A stretch of DNA of 31,784 nucleotides from positions 1-31,784 of the forward strand of contig JAYTEN010000041.1 in assembly GCA_043735145.1 (NCBI GenBank), in the 5' to 3' direction. Source of the stretch: Gemmatimonadota bacterium (GTDB lineage Bacteria > Gemmatimonadota > Gemmatimonadetes > Gemmatimonadales > JACORV01). The translations under genes were made by a program, and so were the position numbers. Below, piece by piece: positions 15,934-24,517 of the stretch (position 1 is its first letter; each line of letters starts with the position of its first letter). A model generated the notes under the pieces. That model made no database searches. It was given only the letters and a program-made list of their open reading frames with translations, and was not told the origin of the DNA.

Positions 15934-17907
15934 CTCTTCAAGTACTTCCCTGACCTTCGCCGCCAGTGCTCCCGGGCTGAAGGGCTTCTGGAGAAACGCC
16001 GTCTCCCGCGTCATCACCCCGTGCTGCAGCACCGCATCATCCGTGTAGCCCGACATGTACAGCACCCGCACCTCCGGCCTCCGCTCCAGCAGCCGCCGCG
16101 CCACTTCGGGACCGCTCAGGTCGGGCATCACCACGTCGGTCAGCAGCAGGTGCAGCGGCCCGGTGTGCGTCGCAGCGGCCGTGAGCGCCGAGCGGCCGTC
16201 CTGGGCCTCGATGACCCGGTAGCCGCGCTGGCGCAGGATCTTCGCCGCGAGCTGGCGCACGCTCGGCTCGTCTTCGGCGAGCAGGATCGTCTCGGTCCCG
16301 TCGGCGACGGCGGGCGGCGCGGCCGCGGTCTCCGCCGCGCCCTGCGGCGCCGCAACCTGCGGCAGGTGGATGGTGAACAAGGTCCCCGCGCCCGGCGAGC
16401 TCTCCACGGCGACGAGTCCGCCGCTCTGCCTGACGACGCCGTATACCGTCGAGAGGCCGAGACCGGTGCCTTCCTTGCGCGTCGTGAAGAAGGGCTCGAA
16501 GACGCGCGCGCGCGTGGCCTCGTCCATGCCATGCCCGGTGTCCTTCACCGTCAGTACCACGAACGTCCCCGACGGCAGGCCGAGGCGGTGGGCGGCGATG
16601 TCGTCGAGCTCGGCGGCGCCCGTTTCGACGGTGATGCTGCCGCCCGTGGGCATCGCGTCGCGCGCGTTCACCACCAGGTTCAGGATCACCTGCTCCATCT
16701 GCGAAGCGTCGGCGCGCACCCACGACTGGCCGCCGGGCCGGAAGGTCAGGCGCACGTCCTCGCCGATGAGCCGCATGAGCATCCGCTTCATGTGCTCGAT
16801 GATGGCGTCGACGTCGAGCGTGCGCGGCTGCAGGACCTGGCGGCGGCTGAAGGCGAGCAGCTGCTGGGTGAGGCCGGCGGCGCGCTCGGCCGCCTTCTCG
16901 ATCTCGGCCAGGTCCTCGGCGGCCTCGGTGCCGGCGGGCACCGCGTCGTGCAGCATCTCGGCGTGCCCGACAATCGCCGTCAGCAGGTTGTTGAAGTCGT
17001 GCGCGACGCCGCCGGCCAGCCGTCCGATGGCGTCCATCTTCTGCGCCTGCGCGAGCTGGTCCTGGAGGGCGAGGCTTTCGGTGACGTCGCGGAAGTGCAC
17101 GACCAGCGCGTGCAGGCCGGGCTCGCGCAGCAGGTTGGTAATGGTGCCGTCGATCACCACGTAGCGGCCATCGGCGTGCCGGACGCGCGCGCGGGTGCGC
17201 ACCCGGTGGTGCGGCTGCTTGAGGACGTGGCCGAAGTCGTTCTGGACGCGGTCGAGCTCCTCAGGGAAGACCATGTCGGGCAGCGGCATGCCGCGCAGCA
17301 CCTCGACCGGATACCCCAGGATCTCGAGGGCCGACGGGCTGGCCCAGAGAATCACGCCGTCGGCAGTCGCGGTGAGAATGCCTTCGGAGCTGTTCTCGAT
17401 CAGCGCCCGGGCCCGCCGCTCGCTCTCGCGCAGCGCCGCCTCGGCGAGGCGGTGCTCGGTGACGTCGCGGAAGCTCCAGACGCGACCGTTAGGCACGCCG
17501 TCGATGATCTGCGCCTGCGAGTAGCGCTCAAAGACGCGGCCATCCTTGAAGTACAGGACGTCGTAGCTGGCCTGCTCGGGCCGCGCGTAGAGCTCGCGGA
17601 CCTTGGCGGTGAAGGTTTCGGGGTCGCGCAGCTGGTCGAGGACCCAGGCGATGGCGGTGCCGTCGTCGCGCCCCGCGAGGACCGACTCGGGGATGCGCCA
17701 CATCTCGCTGAAGCGGCGATTGACCGAGAGGATCTTGCCGTCGCGTCCGACGACGAGGATGCCGTCGGCGGTGGACTCCAGGGTAGCGCGCAGCAGCGCC
17801 GTGGACCGCGAAATTTCGGCTTCGGCGCGCCGCCGGTATTCGGCTTCCCCGTTAGTCGGCTGCTCACCGGCATCATCCGGGGGCGGATCGTTGTCCGTTA
17901 TCGCCAT
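15925..17907 (-). CDS. Hybrid sensor histidine kinase (PAS-PAS-HisKA-HATPase-REC), 660 aa
   Basis: LESTADGILVV and IENSSEGI PAS starts; GGVAHDFNNLL H-box; NLVVNARDAM; FEPFFTT; GTGLGLS; receiver ILLAEDE...LLLTDVVMP...FLQKPF. Confidence 0.93.
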   Translation of the reverse strand: MAITDNDPPPDDAGEQPTNGEAEYRRRAEAEISRSTALLRATLESTADGILVVGRDGKILSVNRRFSEMWRIPESVLAGRDDGTAIAWVLDQLRDPETFTAKVRELYARPEQASYDVLYFKDGRVFERYSQAQIIDGVPNGRVWSFRDVTEHRLAEAALRESERRARALIENSSEGILTATADGVILWASPSALEILGYPVEVLRGMPLPDMVFPEELDRVQNDFGHVLKQPHHRVRTRARVRHADGRYVVIDGTITNLLREPGLHALVVHFRDVTESLALQDQLAQAQKMDAIGRLAGGVAHDFNNLLTAIVGHAEMLHDAVPAGTEAAEDLAEIEKAAERAAGLTQQLLAFSRRQVLQPRTLDVDAIIEHMKRMLMRLIGEDVRLTFRPGGQSWVRADASQMEQVILNLVVNARDAMPTGGSITVETGAAELDDIAAHRLGLPSGTFVVLTVKDTGHGMDEATRARVFEPFFTTRKEGTGLGLSTVYGVVRQSGGLVAVESSPGAGTLFTIHLPQVAAPQGAAETAAAPPAVADGTETILLAEDEPSVRQLAAKILRQRGYRVIEAQDGRSALTAAATHTGPLHLLLTDVVMPDLSGPEVARRLLERRPEVRVLYMSGYTDDAVLQHGVMTRETAFLQKPFSPGALAAKVREVLEERI

Positions 17908-17965
17908 TGACGGAGGTTACCCACCTGCGGGCGGTGACGTCCATAGGCCCAGGGGCCCGATCCGC

Positions 17966-18988
17966 CTAGGGCACCGTATCCCGCGCGGTCGAGAGCGGCC
18001 GGACGAAGTCGATGGAGACCAGGTTCTGGTCCTCGGTGCGCGCCAGCACCGGCCCGCCGCGCGGCGGGCTGGTGAGCGTGGTGAGTACGTCGATGTGCTG
18101 GATCACGACCAGGTTGGGCACGACTTCGCGGAAGGTCGTCCTCGCGGTCCACTCGGAGACGCCGCGTGCCGCGCGCGCCAGCTGCGTCAGCGATACCCTG
18201 GTGTGGCGGATCTGGTAGGTCACGGGATCCAGATACGCGGACCCCTCCACGTCGGGCTCGCGCAACCGGCGCAGCGGCTTGAACTCGATGCGCAGCGCGT
18301 CGCGGCCGTCGACCCGCTCGACGCCCTTGAAGGTGAAGCAATGCGCCGCCTGGAAGGCCGAGTCGGCAAAGTCGGCCAGCACCGGCAGGTGGACGAACTG
18401 TCTCCCCTCGCTGCGGGCATCGGGGTCGGGCGTCACCACCTGCCCCGGCGCGTACGGCCAGCGCGCGTTGCTGGTCAGGTCGAGGGTGTCGATTTCCACC
18501 CTCCCGACCGCGTTGCTCCGCACATCGGCCAGCCGCCGCTCCATGCGGTAGCGGAACGGATAGCGATCCGACAGCAGGCGATAGCGTTCGGCGTTCTGGC
18601 GGAGCTGCTCGAAGACGGCGGCGAGAACCGCCTCGGCGGAGTCGCTGCCCGGCGTGCGGCAATTGCCGCTCGCGGTGACACGCAGATCGGCGAGACGGAT
18701 CGCCAGTCGCGTGAGCCGCACCCGGAAGGCGGGCGAGGCGGTGGTAATGGAGATGAGGGAGTCGAAGGGCGAATAGCCGACCTGCCGCGCGATGAGGCGG
18801 TACGGCCCCGGCGCGACGCGGGTAATGGCGAAGCGGCCGTCCTCGTCGGCGAAGCGCTGGCTGAATCCGGGCTCGAGCACCACAACGGCGTAGGGCACCG
18901 GCTCGCCCGATTCGCTTACCACCGCGCCGCGCACCGTTGCGGACGGTTGTTGCGCCTGCGCCGGCGCGGCGGCAAGCATGACCGCCAT
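17966..18988 (-). CDS. Carboxypeptidase-regulatory-like domain-containing secreted protein (start uncertain)
   Basis: Signal ending APAQA-QQ, then TVRGAVVSESGEPVPYAVVVL...ADEDGRFAITRVAPGPYRLIARQVGY, the typical CarboxypepD_reg pattern. The upstream part of the called ORF overlaps the next gene. Confidence 0.75.
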   Translation of the reverse strand: MAVMLAAAPAQAQQPSATVRGAVVSESGEPVPYAVVVLEPGFSQRFADEDGRFAITRVAPGPYRLIARQVGYSPFDSLISITTASPAFRVRLTRLAIRLADLRVTASGNCRTPGSDSAEAVLAAVFEQLRQNAERYRLLSDRYPFRYRMERRLADVRSNAVGRVEIDTLDLTSNARWPYAPGQVVTPDPDARSEGRQFVHLPVLADFADSAFQAAHCFTFKGVERVDGRDALRIEFKPLRRLREPDVEGSAYLDPVTYQIRHTRVSLTQLARAARGVSEWTARTTFREVVPNLVVIQHIDVLTTLTSPPRGGPVLARTEDQNLVSIDFVRPLSTARDTVP

Positions 18989-19031
18989 GACACAGGCGAT
19001 CGTGCGGCCGCCGGTCAGAAAGCCACGAAGA

Positions 19032-19301
19032 TCAGGGACAGTCGGGCAGGTTCCGCAGCATGCTGGGGTCACTGGTGGTCGAGAGGACCTCTCGGCCCTG
19101 CTTCTGGTCCACCGTGAGCCACACGCCCTTGGAGGCGACGTCCACCACGTTGATATAGAACTTGAGTTTGCCGTTCTTGATGCCGGCGATGGCGTCCTGC
19201 TCACTCATCTTCCACGCGGTGCCGTCGGAATTGGTGCCGCCGATGTGCGTGACGGTGTCACCCTGCTTGGCGCTGCAACGGACCATGTGATTCTCGGCCA
19301 T
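19032..19301 (-). CDS. DUF3892-like small protein, 89 aa
   Basis: VTHIGGTNSDGTAWKMS..DAIAGIKNG..KFYI...LSTTSD...LRNLPDCP matches the DUF3892 pattern as recalled. Confidence 0.7.
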   Translation of the reverse strand: MAENHMVRCSAKQGDTVTHIGGTNSDGTAWKMSEQDAIAGIKNGKLKFYINVVDVASKGVWLTVDQKQGREVLSTTSDPSMLRNLPDCP

Positions 19302-19372
19302 CTGCGTCGTGCTCCGCGTCGTGAGTGGCACATGCACCCGGTTCCCGCGTGCGATGCGTCCGGGAGGGAATC

Positions 19373-19382
19373 CATAATTATA
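19373..19382. promoter_or_regulatory. Overlapping divergent -10 elements
   Basis: CATAATTATA: perfect TATAAT on the minus strand (19382-19377) and CATAAT on the plus strand (19373-19378), between divergent genes; no convincing -35. Confidence 0.4.
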
Positions 19383-19540
19383 CGTCCGGCCCGCGGGTCA
19401 TGGCGACCGGGTCCTGATATTCGAGATGGCGCCGGATGAAGGTGGCAAGCCTCCCGGGCTTGCTTGCCGCCGGGCGCCACAACGCCTACTCTCTACGCGT
19501 CTGCCCAGTCACTTGTCCGTCTCCTGTCCGGAGGACCCCC

Positions 19541-19993
19541 ATGCGCAAGACCCCCATCGTTCTTTGTGCCCTTCTCGCAACCACGCTCGCGGCGCGCCAG
19601 GCCCAGGCGCCCGGCATCCAGTGGGGCGCGTCGCCGCCGTTCTTCCCGGCGGGCGCGCGCTTCGCGGTGCTCCAGGGCGATCCCTCGAAGCCCGGCCCCT
19701 ACACGGTGCGGCTGTCGATGCCCGCCGGCTATACCATCAAGCCGCACTTTCATCCGACCGACGAGAATGTCACGGTAATGGCCGGCACCCTTGCCCTCGG
19801 CATGGGCGATTCCGTGGACGCCGGCCACGCGCGCCACCTGGTGGCGGGCGACTTCATCGTCGCGCCGGCGCAGGCGCACCACTTCGCCATGGCCCAGGAG
19901 CGCGCCGTGGTCCAGGTCCACGGCATGGGACCGTTCGTGATCACGTACGTGCGTCCCGCCGACGATCCTCGGCACACGCCGGCGGCGCACTAG
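19541..19993 (+). CDS. Secreted cupin domain protein, 150 aa
   Basis: GGAGG before ATG 19541; signal peptide; GDPSKPGPYTVRLSMP, cupin motif PHFHPTDENVTV and second motif AQAHHFA. Confidence 0.85.
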   Translation: MRKTPIVLCALLATTLAARQAQAPGIQWGASPPFFPAGARFAVLQGDPSKPGPYTVRLSMPAGYTIKPHFHPTDENVTVMAGTLALGMGDSVDAGHARHLVAGDFIVAPAQAHHFAMAQERAVVQVHGMGPFVITYVRPADDPRHTPAAH

Positions 19994-20023
19994 CCGGCCG
20001 CGCATGCGCCCGCTCGTCTGTAC

Positions 20024-20977
20024 GTGGCCGTGATGGGCGACTCAACGCGAGACATCTTCGGCGAGGCCGCCGGCGCACAGCCGGCGCATCCCGGCACCTA
20101 CGGCGAGACACCCGCGGGATTCCGGCTTCCCGACGCGGCGCATCCCGGCCGCGTCCGGCTCCAGGTGTCCGACCTGTCGCGTTCGCTCGCGTACTACACA
20201 GACACCATCGGCCTGCGCCTCCTCGATCACCAGGGAGCGGACGCGGTGCTCGCGGCGCACGGCGACGACACCCCGCTGGTCGAGCTGCACGAGCGCCGCG
20301 GCGCGACGCCGGTGCCGCGCCGCGGCCGCGTCGGACTGTACCACTTCGCCATCCTGTTGCCCGATCGTCCCGCGCTGGGGCGTTTTTTCGCGCACCTGGG
20401 AGCGATCGATGCGCGCGCCGGATCCGCCGATCACCTTGTCAGCGAGGCGCTCTATCTCCAGGATCCCGACAACCTCGGCATCGAGGTCTACGCCGACCGG
20501 CCCCGCGAGACGTGGCGCCGCATCGGTCGCCAGCTCATGATGGCGACCGACCCGCTCGACGCACCGGGGCTGCTGGAGGAGGCGGCCGGCGAGGAGTGGG
20601 CCGGCATGCCGGCGGGAACGTCGATGGGGCACGTGCACCTGCACGTCGGCGACATCGCGCAGGCGTCGGCGTTCTATTCGAGTGCGTTAGGCTTCGACCG
20701 CATGGTCTGGGAGTATCCCGGCGCGCTCTTCCTCGGCGCCGGCGGCTATCACCATCACCTCGGCACCAACACCTGGGCCGGCGCGGGCGCCGCGGCGCCG
20801 TCGGCCGACGAGGCGCAGCTGCTCGAGTGGTCGATCGACCTGCCCGCGCGCGCGGACGTCGATGCGGCGGCCGAGAGCCTGGCGCGGGGTGGATTCGCCG
20901 CGGAGCGGGATGACGTCGCCGGCGCCCTGGTCACGCGCGACCCGTGGGGCACGCGCGTCCGGCTGCACCCCGCCTAG
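20024..20977 (+). CDS. VOC-family protein, CatE-like two-domain ring-cleavage dioxygenase/glyoxalase
   Basis: VRLQVSDLSRSLAYY, GLYHFAILLP, DHLVSEALYLQDPDNLGIEVYADRP, MGHVHLHV, GGYHHHLGTNTW and DPWG. Confidence 0.88.
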   Translation: MAVMGDSTRDIFGEAAGAQPAHPGTYGETPAGFRLPDAAHPGRVRLQVSDLSRSLAYYTDTIGLRLLDHQGADAVLAAHGDDTPLVELHERRGATPVPRRGRVGLYHFAILLPDRPALGRFFAHLGAIDARAGSADHLVSEALYLQDPDNLGIEVYADRPRETWRRIGRQLMMATDPLDAPGLLEEAAGEEWAGMPAGTSMGHVHLHVGDIAQASAFYSSALGFDRMVWEYPGALFLGAGGYHHHLGTNTWAGAGAAAPSADEAQLLEWSIDLPARADVDAAAESLARGGFAAERDDVAGALVTRDPWGTRVRLHPA

Positions 20978-21163
20978 CGGCTCGCGGATCGAGGAACCCC
21001 GTCAGCAGGCCGGGATCCACCCCCACGCCCGCCTTCCACGCCCGCCGGCTGGGCGCGGCGCCTCGTTCTTAACCAGCCTGACAGAAAGAGCCTCAACTTC
21101 GGCGCAGACCGTCCCTCCGCACCAAAGTGTTGCTAAAAAACCCCACATTCGTGCTCAACATCA

Positions 21164-21179
21164 GGGCACCAAACTTGCG
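21164..21179 (+). promoter_or_regulatory. Sigma54 (-24/-12)-like promoter
   Basis: GGGCAC-CAAAC-TTGCG with exact GG-N10-GC spacing (GG 21165-21166, GC 21177-21178), about 80 nt upstream of the response regulator. Confidence 0.5.
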
Positions 21180-21258
21180 TACCAAATGACCCGGCAGTGG
21201 AGGTGCCGGAGCGATATTAAAGCGCGTGGTTGCTTGCCACGCCCATATCAGGTGATCC

Positions 21259-21669
21259 ATGGACATGGATTCAGAGAAACTGCGCGTTCTCATTGTCGAC
21301 GACAATGCGGACTATTCCGCGGCCACGGCAGACCTCCTCCGCTCGTGGGGCTACTGTTCAGAGGTCACCTCGTCCGCACGCAATGCGTTCGAGCTGGCGG
21401 AACGCTTTCGCCCGCGCGCCGTCATTCTCGACCTCGGCCTCCCGGACCTGCACGGCTACGAGCTCGCGAAGCGGCTTCGCGAGCAGGCCGGCGCGCGGAA
21501 GATTCACTTCATCGTCGTCACCGGGTGGATGCAGATCGCGGACCAATTGTCGAGCAATGCCGCCGGCATCGCGCACCACCTCATCAAGCCGGTGAACACC
21601 GATGTTCTCCGGGAGATACTGGCCGCCTATCAGTCCGCCGAAGAAATCAGCGCCACCATCGGCGTTTGA
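21259..21669 (+). CDS. Single-domain response regulator (REC)
   Basis: RVLIVDDN, VILDLGLPDLHGYELA (phospho-Asp), VVTGW and HLIKPV; AGGTGA SD. Confidence 0.88.
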   Translation: MDMDSEKLRVLIVDDNADYSAATADLLRSWGYCSEVTSSARNAFELAERFRPRAVILDLGLPDLHGYELAKRLREQAGARKIHFIVVTGWMQIADQLSSNAAGIAHHLIKPVNTDVLREILAAYQSAEEISATIGV

Positions 21670-21788
21670 TCGCGCCGGGGTTGCGGCGGATCCTCTCAGC
21701 TTACCAGTCTCCGGCCGTACCTTCCTTGCCAGCGGCGGCGGCATGTGCGAATGTCCTCGGTCGCACGCACGGCCCCATGGGGTGTGCT

Positions 21789-21871
21789 GGAGGGATGGCC
21801 GAATGGCTATGGCAGCGGTCTTGAAAACCGCCGGGTGCAAGCCCTTGGGGGTTCGAGTCCCTCTCCCTCCG
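21789..21871 (+). tRNA. tRNA-Ser (anticodon UGA)
   Basis: Acceptor GGAGGGA/TCCCTCC; anticodon stem GCGGT-CTTGAAA-ACCGC (TGA 21822-21824); long variable arm GGGT-GCAA-GCCC; GGTTCGAGTCC; discriminator G; CCA not encoded. Confidence 0.92.
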
Positions 21872-21882
21872 CTCCTCCCGCC

Positions 21883-23304
21883 TCAGCAGCCGACGCGCTG
21901 CGTGCTCACCACGATCCGGTCCATGTAGCGATCCTGCGCCACCGGCGATCCGTTATTCCAGTAGTTCTCGAAGTACACCGCATTCAGCGCGTAAGCCGAG
22001 AAGGCGCCGAGGAAGTTCAGGTCGGTGCGGCTCGCGTCGAGCGTGCCGTTGATCCAGAACTCCGAGATGCCGTTCGACTGCCCCGCATCGTTCAGCCGCA
22101 CGTGCGACTCGATGCAGTACCAGGTCCCCGAATTCGCCGTCGAGTAGATCGGGATGCTGCCCTTGCGCGAGCCCAGGAAGCGCAGGTGCGCGAAGTCGTT
22201 GTACGTCGTCGTCTGGAGATTGCCGGCGGTATCGGTCCCCGACGCCGGGTCGATGAACAGGAAATTCTCGTTGGGCGGCTTGCCCGACCAGTTGTGCGCG
22301 ATGGCGGCCTGCGCGAAGGTCGTCGGCGACGCGAAGACGAAGGCGCGCGTCAGCTTGTCGCCGCCCCCGCCCGTCCAGCCCGGCGCGGTCCGGAAGTAGA
22401 GGCGGTAGTAGAGTTCGCGATAGTTCGCCGTCCCCGCATCCACCGGCCGCATGTAGGTCTGCGGCGTGCGGCCCAGCGCGAGATGCAGTGAGCCCGCGCT
22501 GACGGTGCCGGCGGCAAAGTGCGAGCGCATGCCGGTCGATCCGTTGTAGCCGCTCCCCGCCAGCCGCGTGAACTTGCCGCCCGAACTGTCGTACTCGAAG
22601 TAACTGCCGAGCCGGCTCGTCTCGAAGTCGTCACACCAGACCCAGCCCGCGTGGACACCCGCGCATTCGTTGTTCGCGCTGGCGGCGCCCGCCACGGTGA
22701 CGGCGGCAGTACCCGTCTTCGTCTCGCTCGTGGCGGTGACGGTGGCCGATCCCGCCGCCACGGCAGTCACCAGCCCGGAGGCCGAGACCGTCGCCACGCC
22801 CGCCGCGCTCGTGGACCAGGTCACCAGGCGACCCGCCAGCACGATGCCATTGGCATCCTTGGTGACGGCGCCCAGCCGGACGGTGTCGCCGATGACCAGC
22901 GACGGCGCACTCGGCGACACCGTCACCGAGGATACCGGCTTGGGGCCGGCCGCGGCCACCGAGACCGTCGCCGCGCCCGACTTCGTCTCGCTGGTGGCGG
23001 TGACCGTCACCCCTCCCACCGCGAGGGCCGTGACCAGGCCCGTCGCCGACACGCTGACGATCCCCGGTGTACCGGCGGCCCACGTCACGGCGCGGCCGCT
23101 CAGCGGCGCGCCGGTCGAATCGGCCAGGATGGCCGTCATCCGCACGGTGTCGCCGACGACCAGCGCGCTCGTGCCCGGCGAGACCATGACCTGCGCCACC
23201 GGGGCGACGGGCGGCGTGATGACCGGCGCGTCGGCGGCGGCGGAGCAGGCAATGCAGGCGAGCAGGACCAGCGCGGACGTGGTCGGGACGTTAGGCATGG
23301 TCAC
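21883..23304 (-). CDS. Exported (probable lipoprotein) protein: two Big_2 Ig-like domains plus a C-terminal polysaccharide-lyase/concanavalin-like beta-sandwich
   Basis: Signal ending LLACIAC; two repeats VxVSP....LVxGDTVRx.A...D..G..L.GR.VTW......xxxVSAxGLVTA.A.G..TVTATSETK.G.A.V.V; C-terminal WVWCDDFE...WYCIESHVRLNDAGQSNG..EFWING. The GTG start overlaps the upstream TGA (GTGA); alternative ATG at 23298. Confidence 0.75.
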   Translation of the reverse strand: MTMPNVPTTSALVLLACIACSAAADAPVITPPVAPVAQVMVSPGTSALVVGDTVRMTAILADSTGAPLSGRAVTWAAGTPGIVSVSATGLVTALAVGGVTVTATSETKSGAATVSVAAAGPKPVSSVTVSPSAPSLVIGDTVRLGAVTKDANGIVLAGRLVTWSTSAAGVATVSASGLVTAVAAGSATVTATSETKTGTAAVTVAGAASANNECAGVHAGWVWCDDFETSRLGSYFEYDSSGGKFTRLAGSGYNGSTGMRSHFAAGTVSAGSLHLALGRTPQTYMRPVDAGTANYRELYYRLYFRTAPGWTGGGGDKLTRAFVFASPTTFAQAAIAHNWSGKPPNENFLFIDPASGTDTAGNLQTTTYNDFAHLRFLGSRKGSIPIYSTANSGTWYCIESHVRLNDAGQSNGISEFWINGTLDASRTDLNFLGAFSAYALNAVYFENYWNNGSPVAQDRYMDRIVVSTQRVGC

Positions 23305-24245
23305 CTGTGGGTGGCATCGAGAGAATCGAGGAAGACCCGCACCGCGCGGATCATGGCATCGGGATTGTCATTGGTGGTGAGATGGCCGGAGTGGGGAATG
23401 ATCTCGACCTTCGACCCGGGAATCATGGCGGCAAAGGCCCGGGTGCTCGTCGGCGTGGCCTCGTCATGGTCGCCGGCGGTGAACAGCACCGGCAGGCGCA
23501 GCTCGTGCAGGCGCGGCGTGATGTCGTAGTGCTTCAGCGTGCCCGTCACCACGAACTCGCTCGCCCCCTGCATGTAGTTGTAGAGCGGCCCGGCGATCTG
23601 GGAGAAGCTGCTATCGGTGTCGGGGGTCGGCGGCGTGAGGAAGACGTACCGGCCATAATACTCCATGACGGCGCCCTGGTACGCCGCCGTCGTCTCGGCA
23701 TGCTGGGCTTCGAGGCGGTGGATCGTCCGCTGGGTGGAGTCGGGCATGGTGCGCAGGAGGCTGTCGGCATCGTGCAGCCACATCGGAATCGAGAGCGCGC
23801 TGCTGGCGAGGATCAGCCCGCGCACGCCGCCCTGATGCGCCAGTGCGTATTCGGTCCCGAGGATCGTGCCCCAGGAATGGCCGAGGATGTACACGTCGCG
23901 GATGCCGAGGGAATCGCGCAGCGCCTGGAGCTCGCGCACGAAGCGCGGGATATTGAAGAGCGCGGTGTCGGTGACGTGGTCCGACTTTCCCGCCCCGAGC
24001 TGGTCGTAGATGATGACCGGCCGCTCGTCGGCCAGGGCGAGCAGCGGCTTGAGATAGTAGCTCGGCACCCCCGGCCCGCCATGGAGCAGGATCAGCGGCG
24101 TCTTCGTTCCCGACCCGGCGATCCGATACCAGATGTGGCCGCCTTCGACCGGGATCCGGCCCTCGCGCGGCTGGAGCGCATGCGGTCTTTTGCCGCAGGA
24201 CACCACGGACAGGGCGAGGAGGACGGCGGACACGACACGGCGCAT
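23301..24245 (-). CDS. Proline iminopeptidase-family alpha/beta hydrolase with lipoprotein signal, 314 aa
   Basis: LLHGGPG, YDQLGAGKS, GHSWG nucleophile, GDHDE and SGH; lipobox VVS-C; GGAG SD. Confidence 0.88.
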   Translation of the reverse strand: MRRVVSAVLLALSVVSCGKRPHALQPREGRIPVEGGHIWYRIAGSGTKTPLILLHGGPGVPSYYLKPLLALADERPVIIYDQLGAGKSDHVTDTALFNIPRFVRELQALRDSLGIRDVYILGHSWGTILGTEYALAHQGGVRGLILASSALSIPMWLHDADSLLRTMPDSTQRTIHRLEAQHAETTAAYQGAVMEYYGRYVFLTPPTPDTDSSFSQIAGPLYNYMQGASEFVVTGTLKHYDITPRLHELRLPVLFTAGDHDEATPTSTRAFAAMIPGSKVEIIPHSGHLTTNDNPDAMIRAVRVFLDSLDATHR

Positions 24246-24327
24246 GAAGGACTCCAAGGAAGTGGATCGGAGTATCAACGATGCAGCGCGGCGGCCGGAT
24301 TGGCGAGGGGGAGGTCCCGGGTTGAAG

Positions 24328-24356
24328 TTGTGAGCCGGACACTCCCCGGGTAGGTT
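24328..24356 (+). promoter_or_regulatory. Sigma70-like promoter for tRNA-Ser(GCU)
   Basis: TTGTGA (24328-24333)-N17-TAGGTT (24351-24356). Confidence 0.5.
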
Positions 24357-24369
24357 TATCCCCCTCAAC

Positions 24370-24401
24370 GCTTCGACGCTTCGACGTTTCGACGCTTCGA
24401 C
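24370..24401. repeat. 8-bp tandem repeat (GYTTCGAC)x4 upstream of tRNA-Ser(GCU)
   Basis: Same unit as 6904-6935. Confidence 0.9.
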
Positions 24402-24413
24402 GTTTTGGTTTCC

Positions 24414-24500
24414 GGAGCGGTGGCCGAGTGGCTTAAGGCACAGGTTTGCTAAACCTGCGTAGGGGCAACCTTACCGGGGGTTCGAATCCCCCCCGCTCCG
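24414..24500 (+). tRNA. tRNA-Ser (anticodon GCU)
   Basis: Acceptor GGAGCGG/CCGCTCC; D-arm GCCGAGTGGCTTAAGGC; anticodon stem CAGGT-TTGCTAA-ACCTG (GCT 24448-24450); long variable arm; GGTTCGAATCC; CCA not encoded. Confidence 0.95.
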
Positions 24501-24517
24501 TTGGTTCTCCGCAGCCG

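Noticed and set aside
21093-21305. 70-aa minus-strand ORF in the AT-richer intergenic region
   Set aside because: It overlaps the response regulator start and putative promoter, has no SD and no recognisable motif.
21789-21871. tRNA-Sec (selC) partner for selA
   Set aside because: The anticodon is UGA (reads UCA, Ser), not UCA, and the acceptor stem is 7 bp with normal tRNA-Ser architecture.
21112-21872. 9-bp direct repeat TCCCTCCGC matching the tRNA-Ser(UGA) 3' end as an att site
   Set aside because: It is too short in a GC-rich context, lies upstream rather than downstream of the intact tRNA, and there is no integrase.
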